From: Diplonema japonicum
Taxonomy: Eukaryota; Protista; Euglenozoa: Diplonemea
Direction of reading: 5' to 3'
Assembly (NCBI GenBank): GCA_964019335.1
Contig: OZ025698.1
Span: 124,001 to 188,000 of the forward strand
Length of the DNA stretch: 64,000 bases
Shown: positions 1 to 11,750 of the stretch, piece by piece
How positions within the stretch are numbered: position 1 is the first letter of the stretch
How the letters are laid out: each line of letters starts with the position of its first letter
The notes under the pieces: model-generated
Database searches by the model: none
Seen by the model: the letters and a program-made list of their open reading frames with translations, nothing else
What the model was told of the DNA's origin: nothing
Translations under genes and position numbers: made by a program

Positions 1-2778
1 GGCGTTGATGAGGTTTGCGAGACTGTCGTGCGAGTTCCAGAACTGTCCCTCTACCGGCATGAACTCTGTCTTTTCCTGGGACAGTTTCATCGAGAACGTC
101 TCGCACCATCGCTCCGTGAGGCTCACCGCGCGTTGCACCTTCTTGTTCAGCTCGGCAGGACTCCCCGCCTCCAGCACTATCGCTATGTCGTCTGCGTACA
201 CTACCGCGTCGATTCCAGCCTTCCTGTACAACCTGGCCAGGTCGTTGACGTAGATGGAAAAGAGCTGCGGGGCCAGGATGGTGCCTTGGGGTACGCCCCC
301 TGTCATTGTCTTCACGCAGCCGTGTTCCCCGTTCACACAGACGGAGGCTTTACGTTGGTCGAGGAAAGAGGTGATCCATTTCACGAGCTTGGGAGGGTAT
401 CCGTCGCCTATCAGCTTTGCGATCACTCCCTTGTGCCAGACTGTGTCGAAGGCTCCTTTGAAGTCGAACAGCAGGAGACCCCCCAGACCTTGGCTCAGTC
501 TGACACTTTTGAGCTTTGAGGCGGCGTACAGCACGTTTTCCTCCGTGGACCTCCCTTTCCGGAAACCCGCCTGCGATGTGTGCAATTGCCTTACCCGTCC
601 TGTGTCCTGCAGGGAGCACATCCTGTCCTTGACTATTCGCTCCAACGTCTTCACGATGTTTGACGTCAGCGCGATCGGCCTGTACGAGGCGGGTTCGGAT
701 TGGTCTTTGCCCTTTTTCATGAGGGGGATGATGGAAGACCGCCTCCATTCGGCAGGGACGACACCGGTCTGGAGGGATGAGTTGTAGAGGAGGAGTTGAA
801 CTTCCCTGGCCACCGGTCCCAGGTACTTCAGCATTTCGTTGTAGATGCCGTCTGGGCCCGGAGCCTTGCCCTTCTTCAGCCTTCGCAGCACCGAGTCCAG
901 CTCGTCCTTCGTTACCAGGGGGAAGTCGTTGTCTGTCCCGGGCTTCGCGTCCTTCTTGATGGTGGTGATCACTTCCTCCGACTTGGCAGTCGTCCTTGGG
1001 GAGCAGGCCCTCGCGTAGTGTTCGACGAGTACACTGGCCTTCTCCCTGTCGGTGGTGGCGATACCGTTTCCTCGTCGGAGCGGGGCTATTGGTGGCTTCT
1101 CGCTGCGACCGTCGAATCTGCGGATGACCGAGAAGGCTTGCGTCAGGTTTCCGTCCTTGGACAACTTCTTGGTGTAGTCGCCCCAGGCAGCCTGCTTCCC
1201 GCTCGTTATCGCCCTGTCCAGCTCAGCCTCCATCGCCGCTAGACGTGCCAGGTCTTCGTCGTTCCCGTCGTGATCCTCGGACAACAGCTTCGCCTTCAGT
1301 GTGCTTCGTCGCCTTGCGAGTGCGTCAATCTCGTCGTTCCACCAAACCTTCCCTTTCTTCTGTCCTTTCCTGGGGACGCACGATTCGGTTGCCGATAGAA
1401 GAAGTGTGCGAAACTCAGCGTTTAGCCTTATCGGGTCTCTGGCCCTGAGCAGCCTGCTGCACTTTTCTTCCATCGTCTCCCTGTACGCGCTCCTTGCCTC
1501 CTTCCCCCAAGAGTAGAGTACTCTTCTGGTCGGTTGGCTGACTCCCCCTCTCAGACTGAAGAACATCGGAACGTGGTCTGAGCCCATTGCTGGCAACGTC
1601 CTCCAAGAAGATTTGTCGAACTCTGCGCCGCTCATTACCATGTCCGGAGAGGTTGGGTTTCCTGACGGGTTCAGGATCGTGGCTTCGCTGCTCTTGTTCC
1701 ATGTGCTGTAGCCCCATCGCAGCATCCGGCTGTGCAGTATTTCTCCCAGCTTATTCGGTGTGCCCCTTTTGTCCCACATCGTGTGGTGGGCGTTCATGTC
1801 ACCGGCGATGATGGTGTAACTGTCATGAGGCAGCTCTGCCGGGCGGAAATATTTCTCGGGGGGTGGTCTGTCGTCGCCGTCTCTACCCGTTGTCGGAGGC
1901 AGGTACAGGTTGACGAGTCTGTACGGCTTCCGGTTGGGCAGCGAGATCTCTACGTCGAGTCTTTCCGTCACGTCGCTGGGTTTCTGAATAACTTCGATCT
2001 GTTTCGACGGTATCGATTCTCTGACCAGTGTGACGAGACCCCCTCCGCTGATTTGCTTTCCTCTTTTCACCGGTCGTGTTCGGTCTCGGCGGTATGCCTT
2101 GAACCCAGTGAAGACTCCGGTTATATCTTTCGACGGCCTCAGGAAAGTCTCTTGGAGTAGGAGCACGTCGATGTTGTGTGTCTCAATGCCCTTCAGCAGC
2201 TGCGCTGTGGTGCTCACCGTTAGGGATCTGACATTGAGAGACAGTACGTTGATGTTGTTGGGTGGTGGTGTTGTGTTGGAGTGTGCCTGTGAGAGAGAGG
2301 AAGTAGAGGGGACGGGAGGGAGAGAGTGTTCAACTCTTGTTGTCTTTTCGGTGGTTGGACCGGGGTTCGCTTCTATGTCCCCGCAGCTCAGTAAGTGTTT
2401 TCCGTGCGGACCGCTGGCTGCGGGATTTCTGCGAATGTGAAGATTGCCTGTGTGGTCACCCCTAGGTCCAGGCCTTTGGATACTGGGTAATACTTCGTCA
2501 CCGGTGACGGGAGTTTGTGAGTGCTTGTTTGGGGAGGAATTGTGCGTGGAGAGAGGGAAAGATGAGGGATGGTGATGTGGTGATGATGTGCTGCCTTTGC
2601 GGTCACCCCAGCTTCCAGGGCTTGAGAGGCTGGGTAGTACTTCATCTTCGTTTAGATGGGGTGTAGTGTTGGGGGTTTGGGAGTAGGGACAGGGAGTGAG
2701 AGACGGTGTGGGAAAGGGGGTGAAAGGGGTGTTGAATGAGATTGCACGGCCCTTAGTACTGGCCTTCAACCTTCCTTT
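1..2778 (-). CDS. Family A ORF2 (2A peptide, APE endonuclease, reverse transcriptase); partial, and absent from the ORF track because it has no stop in the window
   Basis: Same frame carries KHLLSCGDIEANPGP (2356-2400), VLSLNVRSL, LLQET, SQAGFRKGRST, FDFKGAFDTV, GVPQGTILAP and VYADD; no AUG upstream of the 2A. Confidence 0.85.
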
Positions 2779-3970
2779 TTACGGGAGGGTTCACCTTGTG
2801 CAGGGGCGTTGTCTGCGAGGGGGTGGTGTGTAGGGTTGTCTGCCTTGTTGTGGCAACTCCTACGAGCCTTTCGGCTGGTGGGGGGGTGTCGTAGCATAAA
2901 GGTGCTACGGTACCCTTTCTCTCCGGTGTCGCAGCGTGCCTGGGGCAGTCTGGGGTGTCAGTCCCCTCGTCAGCGCCATCGGTGGACGGCACGTGTCCCC
3001 TCTGTTCTGGGGACCCGTCTGCCTCCTCGGAGGTTCCTGGTGGGGGGGCTCCTGTAGTCAAGTGGATGAGTAATCTGTTCATCCCTTGCTTCAGCTCCTC
3101 CACCGACCGCTCCGTCCTCTCCGATGACGCCTTCAAGGAAGAAATCTCCCCCCTCAGGCCACCAAGCTCGCCCTCCACCAGGCCCACCCTCCTGTTCAGC
3201 TCCTCAGTCCTCTCGTCCGTACGCACCCCTCTCATCTCCACCTCTTCCACCTTCCTCTCGCACGCCTTCTCCCACAGCCCGGCCTGTTCCCTCGCCTGCT
3301 CCAACTCGGCAATCCGCCTGTCCATGGCTTCCCTCCAGCCCCAGTCGTCCTCCATCCCGCCTCCCTCTTCCTTCTCGGCGCTCTCCAGCGCCTGGATCCT
3401 CGCCTCCAGCTTCTCCTCTCTTTCCCTGGCCTCGGCCTTCCTTTTTGCGGCTTTGGCCCCCTTCTCCTCTCTCGCCTTCTTCTTCCTCCCCTCCTTCTCG
3501 TCGGCCAGCTCCCACACCTGCGACCAGCTCGCCCCCCCGAACTCCCTGCGGAAGTCTATTTTGGTCCCTCTACGAGACCCACCCGGTAGTTTCCTTTTAA
3601 AGGATCCCTTCTGCTCCTCGAACACCACCTTATGGGTAGTGTCTCCGTCCCTCACTGAGTAGGACTGAAGAGGGGGAGTCCCTGTGGTTACGATGGTGCC
3701 TAGGACACCGTCGAACCTCATCGACTTCCCCAGTCCAGCCTGCGCAATGAAGGCCGCCCACGTGGGCTTGGGGGCAAGCGGGGCTACGACTGCGTCGTAG
3801 TGCTTCCGGGTGGGCTTCGTCTTGGGGGTCGTCTCGGGGGGGGTCTTTCTGATCACCACCTCGGTGGTTTGCAGCACTAGCTGCGGCGGGTCTTGGTCGG
3901 GCTCGCTCCCGTCCGGTAGGGGCCCCTTGGAGGCGCCCGCCTTGCTCGGCTTCGTCATTTTGTCACTTGA

Positions 3971-3973
<3 letters not shown>
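2753..3973 (-). CDS. Family A ORF1, coiled-coil protein (406 aa)
   Basis: ATG follows the SL and an A-run; long E/K/R heptad region; lies upstream of APE-RT. Confidence 0.75.
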
Positions 3974-4011
<38 letters not shown>

Positions 4012-4017
4012 CCTTCC

Positions 4018-4055
4018 CAATAAAGTACAGAAACTGTAGCTTTAGAATCGTTGGT
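4018..4055 (-). other. Spliced-leader exon relic (38 nt)
   Basis: ACCAACGATTCTAAAGCTACAGTTTCTGTACTTTATTG, closely resembling the euglenozoan/diplonemid SL; not followed by a GT intron. Confidence 0.9.
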
Positions 4056-4057
4056 CA

Positions 4058-5410
4058 TTTTTTTTTTCAAAGTCTGTTTTAACACCTGAGAAAAGGGGAA
4101 AAAAAGGTGAAGGGAAACCATGGGGAAATAGGGAGGGCAAAGGACCAGGCTTCTGCAAGCAGGAGGAGCCCTGGTCCCCCACCAACCCGTGCTCTGCTTT
4201 GGGACAGCCGAAGAGGGCTGAATTACATTATTCCCTCAGTCAAGTGAGAGAAAAACGGGGGCCTACCTTCCAGCTGGATGTCCTTCTTTGGCTGGAACCT
4301 CCGGCGGAAAGCCCCCCAGGGAGGTATTGCTCCTATTGAGCGAATCATTAAAAAAAGGGGAAATGGGAAACAGTGAGAGGAAGGGGAAGGAAGGGAAAGG
4401 AAGGGAAAGGAAGGGAAAGGAAAGTGGAAAACACAACATTTCACTTTACACACACGCGGGGCGATCCCTTAGCGCAGCACGGGGGCCGCGGGACCGGCGT
4501 CAAGAGAGACCGGAGGAGGGGGCGGCACGTTCGAAGGTGCAGTGACGTCTGTAGACGCCAGGGATGATGGCGAGGTGAACAGTCCGGAGCGTGACCAGGC
4601 GAGCAGGCCAGACTCAACAACGAGGTCGTAGATCTGGGTCACGCGTCTCGACAGGGAGAAGGCTAGGGAGGGAGTACCAGCAGGAGTGTCGATCGCCCCC
4701 CTCCCGATCACAGGGCACCCACCGACAACATGCTCCCTGGACATCGGTGCTGCGTGGCAGGCTGGGCACCGGAGCACACCCTTGTGCTTCCTGTTCGGGC
4801 CAGCAGTCTGCAGGAAGCCGAAGAAGAGAGCCGAGTGACCAATCCGCAGCCGCGAGATGACCGTTTCAGCTTGTCTGGGGAAGCCAAGGGGGAAGTGCGC
4901 GGACCGAAGCTCGGTCGCCACCGCGTAGTTGTGGGCGAGGGATGTTATGAGCTCCGCGGACCTCCGCACCACCCACCGTCGCACCAGGGCCCTCACTGAT
5001 CGGTAGTCAAGGGAGGGCCTGTCCTGCTTCCGCTTCGTTCCCTCCACGGCCAGAGCGTCAGCCTTCTCGTTCCCGTCCACCCCACAGTGGGAGGGCACAA
5101 ACTGGAGGACCACCGGTGTCCCCTGCGTGCGCACCGCGGACACCAGCCGGCTCCACGTCTGGTGGTCGAGCTTCTCCCTCTGTCGCGTTGGGCCAGCTCG
5201 CAGCTGCTCGACGAGGGAGAGGGAGTCGGTGCAGATCGACAGCGGGGACTTCGCCAGCGAAGGGTGTGTTTTTCGGAGGGTAGCCACCATATCCAGCGCC
5301 GTTTTCACAGCCATGCCCTCTGCCCGAAAAGATGAACAGAAGTCGTTGACGCCATGGCACACAGACACAGGGGTCAGGGGGGGAGGCAGCTGCAGATGAA
5401 CCCCAGAGCC
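4058..5410 (-). mobile_element. 5'-truncated family B element (RNase H, Cys/His finger, 3' UTR)
   Basis: Near-identical to the 3' part of 35844-43380; ICTDSLS and QFVPSHCGVDGNEKAD RNase H motifs. Confidence 0.9.
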
Positions 5411-5419
5411 GGTGAGGTA

Positions 5420-5497
5420 TTTTTTTTTTCAAAATACCAATGCAGGGCCGCCATGGAGAGCAACACCTGAGAAAAGGGGAAAAAAAGGTGAAGGGAG
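5420..5497 (-). mobile_element. Extreme 3' end of family B with poly(A)
   Basis: CAGGTGTTGCTCTCCATGGCGGCCCTGCATTGGTATTTTG-A(n). Confidence 0.85.
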
Positions 5498-5501
5498 GGC
5501 A

Positions 5502-5745
5502 TTTTTTTTTTTATAATAATAATAATAAATGGTTCCCCAGGGGATGCCATCCAACACGGCGCTCCGGCTCCGGCCCTCGGCCGCCCAACGCAACACCGTT
5601 CCCCTGCTCCTCCTCTCGAGCTGCCTCTCAGCCGCGCAACCTTCACCACCTGCGCGTTGCCCAGGAACCACCACCGTGGAGGTGGGCAGCCACCACACAC
5701 ACCGCGTTCGTCTACATGTTCATGTGTGTGTGTAATCGGGCCCCT
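5502..5745 (-). mobile_element. About 245-bp non-autonomous (SINE/NARTc-like) element with a 5' HDV-like ribozyme and a (TTA)n-A(n) tail
   Basis: Ribozyme fold at the 5' end, non-coding body, TTA/A tail. Confidence 0.7.
5620..5745 (-). ncRNA. HDV-like self-cleaving ribozyme (candidate)
   Basis: P1 AGGGGCC/GGTTCCT; J1/2 hairpin ATTACACACAC/GTGTGTGTGGT; P2 GCTGCC/GGCAGC; P3-L3 ACC-TCCACGGT-GGT; GG; P4; J4/2 GCTGA. Confidence 0.65.
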
Positions 5746-5749
5746 AAAC

Positions 5750-8116
5750 TTTTTTTTAATAATAATAATAATAATAAATGTACCACTGTCGTGCGAAGCT
5801 AAAGGCTGGGGGGGAGGGACAGGGCAGCTGAAATGGTTTTAAGTTAGGATGAAGAAGCGAAGAAATAGATAAAAAGGGGTGGGAAAGAATAAATACTGCA
5901 TACGAAAACAGAGAGTCGAGTAAAAAAGGGAAAAGGTGACTGACATCCTCAAGAGGAGCCTCCCACGTACCAGGAATTAAGCAGAGGTTGCTTCCATGGC
6001 CCGTATCAGTCTATCGCCAGAAAGAATAATGAAAATAACATAACAAAGAGAAGGGGAGAAGAAACGGAAAAAGACGGCTTGGTCATCAGAGAATGTTGAC
6101 CCAAATGCGTCGGCGGACGCAGTTTAACGTCATACCCGGGACGGAAACCATGTTGGGAAAGCAGAAGGGAAGTTAAAAGTCAAGAAGTGGAAAAGGAAAA
6201 GGTGGAAACTAAAATCATAGGGTGCGAGGTCTGTGAGACCCTGCATAGCCTATCGCCCTCGTAGCACGCCGGGCCGGCACTCCTACATTGCGTAGGGTCG
6301 TCTCCAGTAGTTCCTAGTTGTAGGAGTTCAGCACAGTCGACCACTGTGACTCGCTGTAGTAGAGGGTCCCTGCCCCCACGAAGTCAGCGAGTAGGGCTGC
6401 CACAGTCGGATACGACTTGTCCTTGAACCCTTGGGTCTGCAACCGAAAGCCCTGTTCCTGGCGGGAAGCGTAGAGCCATGTCGAGTCATAACAGACCAGC
6501 AGACACGGGATCGCGACGCGTGTGTCGAGGGGGACCGTGATCATGGGGGTCTCACCCAGGAAGTGTGTGCAAGCCCTGGACATGCAGTGAGGTCAAAGAC
6601 GGCCTCGCCCTGGGAAAGGAAGCCCAGGTGTCGAAGCTCATCCAGGTCCTCAGGGCCGTCAACGCCTGCTTCCCTGGTGAGCCTCTTAAGGGCGACAAGT
6701 CCAGTGACTCTGGTGTTCGGCCTCGTCGCGGCGAGATCCCGTTTGGCCGCGGGAAGGGCGGGGCCGTCTTCGGGTTCCGGGCGTTTGTTCCTCTGCCCGT
6801 TGTAGGTGAGCAGGAGAGGGGTCCTCCCTGGAGTCCTAGTCTCGTCACCTCTTGGGGCCTCGGAACCGAAGAGTGGGTGTTTCCAGCCGCCTTGGGCGAA
6901 GAACTCCGACCACCACTGTTGCTGTACCGCGGTGTTCAGCCCCGAGTGCCATTCGTGAGACAGCCGAAGACGTTCGGTGGTAGGCAACGCCTTGTGCGCA
7001 ATCAGAAGAAGCAGTTCCTGGTTGGCGACGGTTGCCTGTTGGTCGGCAGTTCTATCCGTGTCACGGGCCTCGAGCAGCAGTTGATGTGGAGAGGTGTCCA
7101 GGTGCATCGGGAGGGGACCGACCGACAGGAGCTGACGCTGGTGTTCGTCCAAGAGCTCCGGGTGTCGCCGGAAGTAGACCAAGAGACTGAGGTATCGATC
7201 CATCCGTCTCTGGAGGGCCCTTCGGTTGAGGGCTTCCTGATCAAAATCCTGTGACTGCTCGCGCAGGATGAGAAGATCCCCATCGCCTGTGGAGGAACTC
7301 TTACCACGACGGCTTTCGTGCTCGTAAGCAGTGCCGTCGTGCTTCTTCTTGCGCGAGGGTCTGTCCGGGGAGTCCTGCGTGAGGTCGATCATTTCTAAAC
7401 CACCATCCGCCTGGTGAGGGTCTAGGGGAGCGTCTGCCTCGGCTCGGGCCACGGGCGGCTCCAGGGTCAGCGTCGTGTCTCTCTGGGCGTTGACCACCGG
7501 TTGAAGCGTCGCGTGTCCCATGGCGGGAGCCATCGGCGTATCCATCCCGAGTCCGATGTTCTCATGGACGGACTGGATGCAAGGAGTGAGCTGTACCTGG
7601 CGGGCGCCGAGGGGGGCGTCTGCCAGAACGGGCGTTGTCACGGCTCGGGCGAGCGATGACTCCACAGCCGACGTTGTCACAATCTGGGAGCCGACCACTG
7701 GTTGGAGTGTCGCGTGTCCCATGGTAGACGACGGCATCGGTGTGTCACTCCCGTGTCCGGTGTCCCGACGGGTGGACTGAGTGCAGGCCGCGAGCTGGGT
7801 GGATGACACGTCCGTTGGCGGTGGTCTAAGAACCTACCTTCGGCATTCAAAGCAGTTAAAGAGCTCGACGGCAGGTCCTGGAGGCCACCGATGCCCCCCC
7901 TTCAGCAAGGCAGCTCTCTGCTCACTGGCAACAAAGCAAAGGCCGATCGCCTCGGACGATACTACGAGACGATCTGCGGAGACGACACAGTACCCGGACT
8001 CGACACGTCTGGGCTGACACAGAGACCCTTCGAGGGCGGTGCTTGAGGAAGACCTCCGGGTTCCTTGTAAGGATGACCCCTCGGGATTTCCCCCCTGTCT
8101 TCCCTGGGTGTACCAC
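5750..8116 (-). mobile_element. Retroelement-derived segment with a degraded ORF of unknown function (6314-8116) and a (TTA)n-A(n) tail
   Basis: 3' end 5750-5815 matches 28289-28348; 5820-5972 resembles 11918-12046; ORF 6541-7809 is interrupted on both sides. Confidence 0.5.
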
Positions 8117-8826
8117 TTCGCCGACTTCCCTTACCTACATTGTTCTGTCGGCCAGAGGCTTTTAGCCTAGGAGACCTATTGCGGTTAACGGTACGGCTCG
8201 ATGCACGAGAAAGAGATCTCCCCTGTCTTTTCCTTGCACATCCACTAGACACCCTACTGCACGAAGGGAGTGCAGCTTTCCAGGATAGTTAACCCTGTCC
8301 CCGCCTGAAGCGTTTCAAGGGTCAACCGTTCCTTCAAAAAGAGACGACTGCGTCATCCGGGGCCAGTGGACATGGTCGACAGGATCGTCACGTGTTGCCA
8401 CTTCAGTTCTCTGCATTCGAGTTGCGGAATGTTCACGCATTCCCTTTCGGCAATCCCGCACAGACTCACAAGTGAACCCGTGGCGGCTTTGAGGCGAGCA
8501 ATTACACCTTGCCTTAGGACCGACTGACCCATGTCCAACTGCTGTTGACACGGAAACCTTCTCCACTTCGGCCTTCAATGTTCTCCATTGAATATTCGCT
8601 ACTACAACCAAGATCTGCACTCATCCGCGCTCCAGTGAGGCTCACGCCAACACCTTCGCGGCGCGGATCACGCACTCCTACGCATGCCACGGCTTTTCAA
8701 TACCGGAGCACGGCCGACTATGGGTGGATCGCTTGAGCATCATCCATTTTCGGGACCGGTTCATTCGGCAGGTGAGTTGTTACACACTCATTATCGGATG
8801 CCGACTTCCATGGCCACCGTCCTGCT
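8117..8826 (-). rRNA. Isolated 28S (LSU) rRNA fragment, a pseudogene inside a retroelement chimera
   Basis: Reverse complement of conserved LSU blocks: GACTTCCCTTACCTACATTGTT, CTTAGGACCGACTGACCCATG, CCAAGATCTGCAC, TTCGGCAGGTGAGTTGTTACACACTC, GACTTCCATGGCCACCGTCCTGC. Confidence 0.92.
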
Positions 8827-9916
8827 AGTGAACCCGGCCGTCCCATAGTTCGGGGACCAGCGAGACCCGCTTCTCCTCCCAGGTGTCTGAAACAATTTTG
8901 GCCGGCGTGGACGCGGCGGTCTCGGTCGTGGTTTCGGCTTTCTTGTTGGCCCCGGGGGCGTGTTTGGCCGCAGTGGCGGTGTTGCTGGCCGCGGTAGCGG
9001 CGTCGGCGGAGCTGTTGGCCGCAGCAGCGGCGTTGGTGGTGTTGGTGGCCTCGTGGGCGCGTTTGGCCGCAGTGGCGGCGTTGGTGGTGTTGGTGGCCTC
9101 GTGGGCGCGTTTGGCCGCAGTGGTGGCGTTGGCGGCATTAGGTGCCGCGGAGTCGTTGTTAGCCGCAGGGGCTTGGTTGGCTGCAGAGGCAGCATTGGAA
9201 GCCACGGTGGCTCTGTTGGCCGCATTGGCGGCGCTGGAAGCGTTGGAGGCCACGGAGGCAGCGCTGGGGGCCACAGAGGCATGTTTGGCCGTTGAGGCGG
9301 CGTTGGGGGCCACGGAGGCATGAATGGCCGCTGAGGCGGCGACGTTGGGCGCAGTGGCGCGGTTGGCCGTGACGGCGACGTTGTTGGCCGCGGTGGCGGC
9401 GTTGATGGTGGCGGTGTTATTGGCCACTGGGGCGGCGGTGTTCGTTTCGGTGTCAGGGAGTGGGACCCTCGATGCCATGAGAGATGCGTCGCTGACATGA
9501 GGTTCTTAGCCTCACCCTTCACCTGCGCTCCGTTTTTCCTTTCCCTCTTCTCTGGGGAGGGGGTGCCGGCTGCCTTGCACTCAGCGCAAAAGAATGCTCC
9601 GCATTCCAGACAGGTCCACCTCTTCCCGACTCCCGATGTCTCCTGCCCGCAGCCCAGGCATGCCCCCGAGGTCTGCCTCTTCTTGGACAGCTGCTTGTGT
9701 TCGCAGCTCATCACCTTACCGAGGTCTCCCTCGGATTGGCGGTCGTCATCCCGCTTCCGTCCTTGTCCTTGTCTTCCATCCTCTCTCTCTCTCTCCCTGT
9801 CCTTCGCCTTGTCTTTACCCCTCCCCCTGTCCCTTTCTCCGTCTTTCGACACGATTGAAGTGTTGTTTTGGTTTTTTTTTTTTTTAGGAGATGTATGTCA
9901 ATAAAGTACAGAAACT
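8827..9916 (-). mobile_element. 5' part of a retroelement: partial SL relic and frameshifted ORF1 (Cys-rich finger, Ala/Asn-rich region)
   Basis: AGTTTCTGTACTTTATTG at 9899-9916; CLGC..CLECGAFFCAEC; DTWEE resembles PDTWD in the B/C ORF1; second copy at 19320-19600. Confidence 0.75.
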
Positions 9917-10853
9917 CGATCCCGTGGGGGGTCGTGATGCCACGTGTCATTGTGTGCTTTCTGGCCCGGATTTTCAAGGCTCTCTTTTGGCATTTTCTTT
10001 CCTTCCCCCCCTTTCTTTTTGTAGCCCCCAACACCCCGTGGACTCACGCCTTTCAAAGAGGCAGTCGAAGGGCTGCTAGGGAGGTAAAGTCAACTACAGG
10101 GCAGGCTCCCCAATATCATGTTTTGGATGTTTTAGAAACACAGAACGAGTGCCCATAATGCGCCGCGACAGTACTTTCTGGGACCATTTCCCCGAAAAAG
10201 TAGTGCAACGTGCGGTGCAAATATTGCAAAGACCCCTATTTCAGTGTTCAGCCTGCTTGGTACAACTTTGCATGCTCCGTACTTCAAAGACTACCTTTCC
10301 GGGGATACCCCCCAGAAACCCCTCCCGGGGTCAAAAAAGAAGTCCCCCGCCCTGGGGCACGTACGAACCGCGTCAAGAAGGCCTTAAATAGCTTTTTATA
10401 GAATTTTACAGTCGATTTTTTTAACTTGTTTTTTTAACTTGTTTTTTGTGCCCCCTCTCGAGCACTTCAGGAACGATATTTTTGACAGTGTTGTGGGGGT
10501 GGGCCCTGCTGTGGGCACCCTCTCTCTAGAATTGGACATCTGGAGGCATTTTCGGGGGCATATAGCCCCGGCGTTGCGCTAGAATAGTTTTTTTTTTTGA
10601 AGTTTTGAAAATTTACCCCCTGGTGGGCAAAAATGGTCCGTTGGTAGATGGTTAACAACAATTTTTGGACGTTTGACGAACTGGCTGAGGCAGGGCCCCC
10701 GGTTCAAAATGGGTTTTTTTCGATAGACTGCGGTGCTTTTTGGCCGATTTTTTGACCCTTTTTTTCAAAAAAAAATAAAAATAGGGGTGAACGTTAATTG
10801 GGCCTCTCGTTGGCTTGAACACTTTTTTTTTTTCTCCCTGAACGTTTGTGCTA

Positions 10854-11560
10854 CTACTCCAGAAACTCAGCCTCAGTAAGGTTCACATGCCGTCTGCTTG
10901 TCGGCATATCATGAAACCGTCTTATGACGCAACTGATGAAGTCTTCACTCGGAACATCTGCCCCCTCAGTGCTTATCACCAATAGACGGTTCAGTTTCTC
11001 AGGTTTAATTGATGTCTCGAGCCTTGTGAACACGAGGAGCAGCTTGCTGAAACTGCGTTCGACCGCTGCAAGAAGAACTCTATCGATGCAGGGCTTAAAG
11101 AGCCCTCTAGAGTCTCCCTGATGGTGTCGTGGTTGATGGGAGAAGAACTTGCCTTGCTTGAAAAGCTCAGCCACCACTAGACTGATGTCTTCTCGCACGG
11201 CCTTAACCCAGTTATCTGGCTTCAGCTGCTGCACCCTCTCCACACTTTATCCTTTGCCTCTTTGCCAAGTTCTATGGAGAACTGATTGCCTAAGTGGTGA
11301 AGCAACGGCTCGACCAACTGCTTAGCTGTTTCGATTTCGGGCCTGAGCCTTATTCGTGGTACAGACTGGATGCCGTGGAACTGAGTTGGACTCCGTGGGA
11401 CACGCAAAAGTTCGTCCATGGGGGGTTCTCGACATGAGCTGCCGATTCAGCGAGCTTCATGATTGCTCCATCAAGCAACCCGTTCACAGAACCGAATGAG
11501 AGGGAACTCTTCTGCAGTTTATTATTCAGTGGGTGCAGGCAATATGGACTAAAACCACTC
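10854..11560 (-). pseudogene. Degraded hAT-superfamily transposase, C-terminal part with the dimerisation domain
   Basis: AAVERSFSKLLLVFTRLETSIKPEKLNRLLVISTEG fits the hATC ERSFS consensus; LHPLNNKLQKSSL upstream; split across frames. Confidence 0.75.
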
Positions 11561-11718
11561 ACCCCTTGATTAATAAAAAGAGAAAAATTCCTCACAAAGG
11601 GGCAACCCCTGCCCCCTTATGGCCTACCGCAGGTACTAGAAATTCGCCGGTCTACGTAGACAGGCGATGTTTTCAAAAAGAATTGCTTAGACCGGCGATC
11701 GCCGGTCTATCCCCACCT

Positions 11719-11750
<32 letters not shown>

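Larger units (their letters stand above)
1..4055 (-). mobile_element. Non-LTR retrotransposon, family A (Ingi-like): SL relic, ORF1, 2A, APE-RT; runs off the left edge
   Basis: SL exon at 4018-4055, ORF1 at 2753-3973, then an open frame with APE and RT motifs. Confidence 0.9.

Noticed and set aside
6080-6150. CTGATGA on the minus strand (hammerhead)
   Set aside because: No downstream stem II-GAAA.
10080-10850. Possible hAT subterminal region or TIR
   Set aside because: No partner inverted repeat or 8-bp TSD could be identified.
10854-10910. hAT C-terminus DMPTSRRHVNLTEAEF resembles two short family D peptides
   Set aside because: The matches are short, non-collinear and in different ORFs; treated as coincidence.
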